From: Catajapyx aquilonaris
Lineage: Eukaryota
Assembly: GCA_000934665.2 (NCBI GenBank)
Contig: KZ538225.1
Location: 62,001-97,748 of the forward strand
DNA length: 35,748 nucleotides
Direction of reading: 5' to 3'
Shown here: positions 34,958 through 35,748 of the stretch, in pieces
How positions within the stretch are numbered: the first letter of the stretch is position 1
Layout of the letters: the number at the start of each line of letters is the position of its first letter
Notes under the pieces: generated by a model
Seen by the model: only the letters and a program-made list of their open reading frames with translations
The model's database searches: none
What the model was told of the DNA's origin: nothing
Translations under genes and position numbers: made by a program

Positions 34958-35450
34958 TTACCAGCATGAACCAATTTTAATTCCCTGCGCCACTATTAGT
35001 GCAGCTAGCCAACATTTTAATGCAGATTTTTCTCCAGTTCCTATGGCAACTTGCAATTATTGCTGTAAGTAGCTCATAGAGTATGAAGCACATTATAATC
35101 CCCACAAACCACATAAAATGTGCTATCATGTATTGCTACAGTGGTCGAAGTTATTGTTCCAGGAATGTATGGGCAATAGGGTTGCACTGGCCAAGTCCCT
35201 GGTTGCCGATGATAAAGAGGCAGGGAAGAAGATGAGTTTTGCTGCATTGTTTATCCCAGCAACCAGTTGGAAGTGATCCATTGCAATAAACGATGAGGGT
35301 TATTCACTTGTAGTGATTGTTGATGCATGTTTAAATTAGTTGCTGGGGTAAACAATGAGTGGCGTCATTCCCTACCTTACCATCCTCATCTGGCTACAGC
35401 AGTGCACAACAATAATATTGTCTTGCGTATAAACTGTGCATAACTGTATA

Positions 35451-35748
35451 CAGGGTGGTCGGTAAATGGCGGACAAGCTTCCGGTAGCGAGATTCCTTGT
35501 GAAAAATCAGTATATGGAACTGAAGGTCATATTGCTCTACGAGGCCTGGTTAGGGCTCACGAGGCCGCCAAAGTTTGGGCCAAATCATGATGTCACATCC
35601 GCCCACGAAATTCAAACACTACCGTATCGCTACCGTACGCGGCGTGTTGCTAGGCGTTGCCATGTTGACATCTACCACATGTTCACCAAACAATGGAACC
35701 GTATAAACTCGCCGGGACGTTGCCAGGAACTCGGCGATGACGGCATGG
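35451..35748. mobile_element. Probable left end of a Tc1/mariner-type element, cut by the window edge
   Basis: TA|CAGGGTGGTCGGTAAATGGCGGACAAG resembles TA-CAGGGTG mariner/Tc1-type termini, with an abrupt shift to CpG-rich sequence; partner TIR not in window. Confidence 0.45.

Noticed and set aside
35038..35276. Plus-strand mini-exons (FLWQLAIIA|ECMGNRVALAK...WK-stop)
   Set aside because: Splice-like signals only; no start, promoter, upstream exon or homology.

Overview
Eukaryotic genomic DNA, probably arthropod/insect (short GT-AG introns, tRNA-derived SINEs, MITEs); no prokaryotic operon, CRISPR, rRNA or intact tRNA. Two genes diverge from a shared promoter at ~24.4-25.5 kb. (1) + strand: a complete 5-exon PAQR4-like gene (progestin and adipoQ receptor/CREST family; 25461-31224, 341 aa, ending in RDEF). 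(2) - strand: a ~12-coding-exon gene (ATG 18163 to ~1280, roughly 700-750 aa) that the ORF track largely hides. Positions ~1-17.9 kb look like error-rich, insertion-prone sequence; I rebuilt the gene by hand from splice sites and intron phases, and I cannot assign its protein to a family. Its ~6.5-kb multi-exon 5' leader (18.2-24.7 kb) contains a spliced 34-codon uORF and many stem-loops, two sharing end motifs. Repeats: a full-length tRNA-SINE with a 12-bp TSD, a truncated SINE, two TA-flanked MITEs, a Harbinger-like MITE and weaker fragments. Peptides from the noisy region are manual reconstructions, not exact translations.
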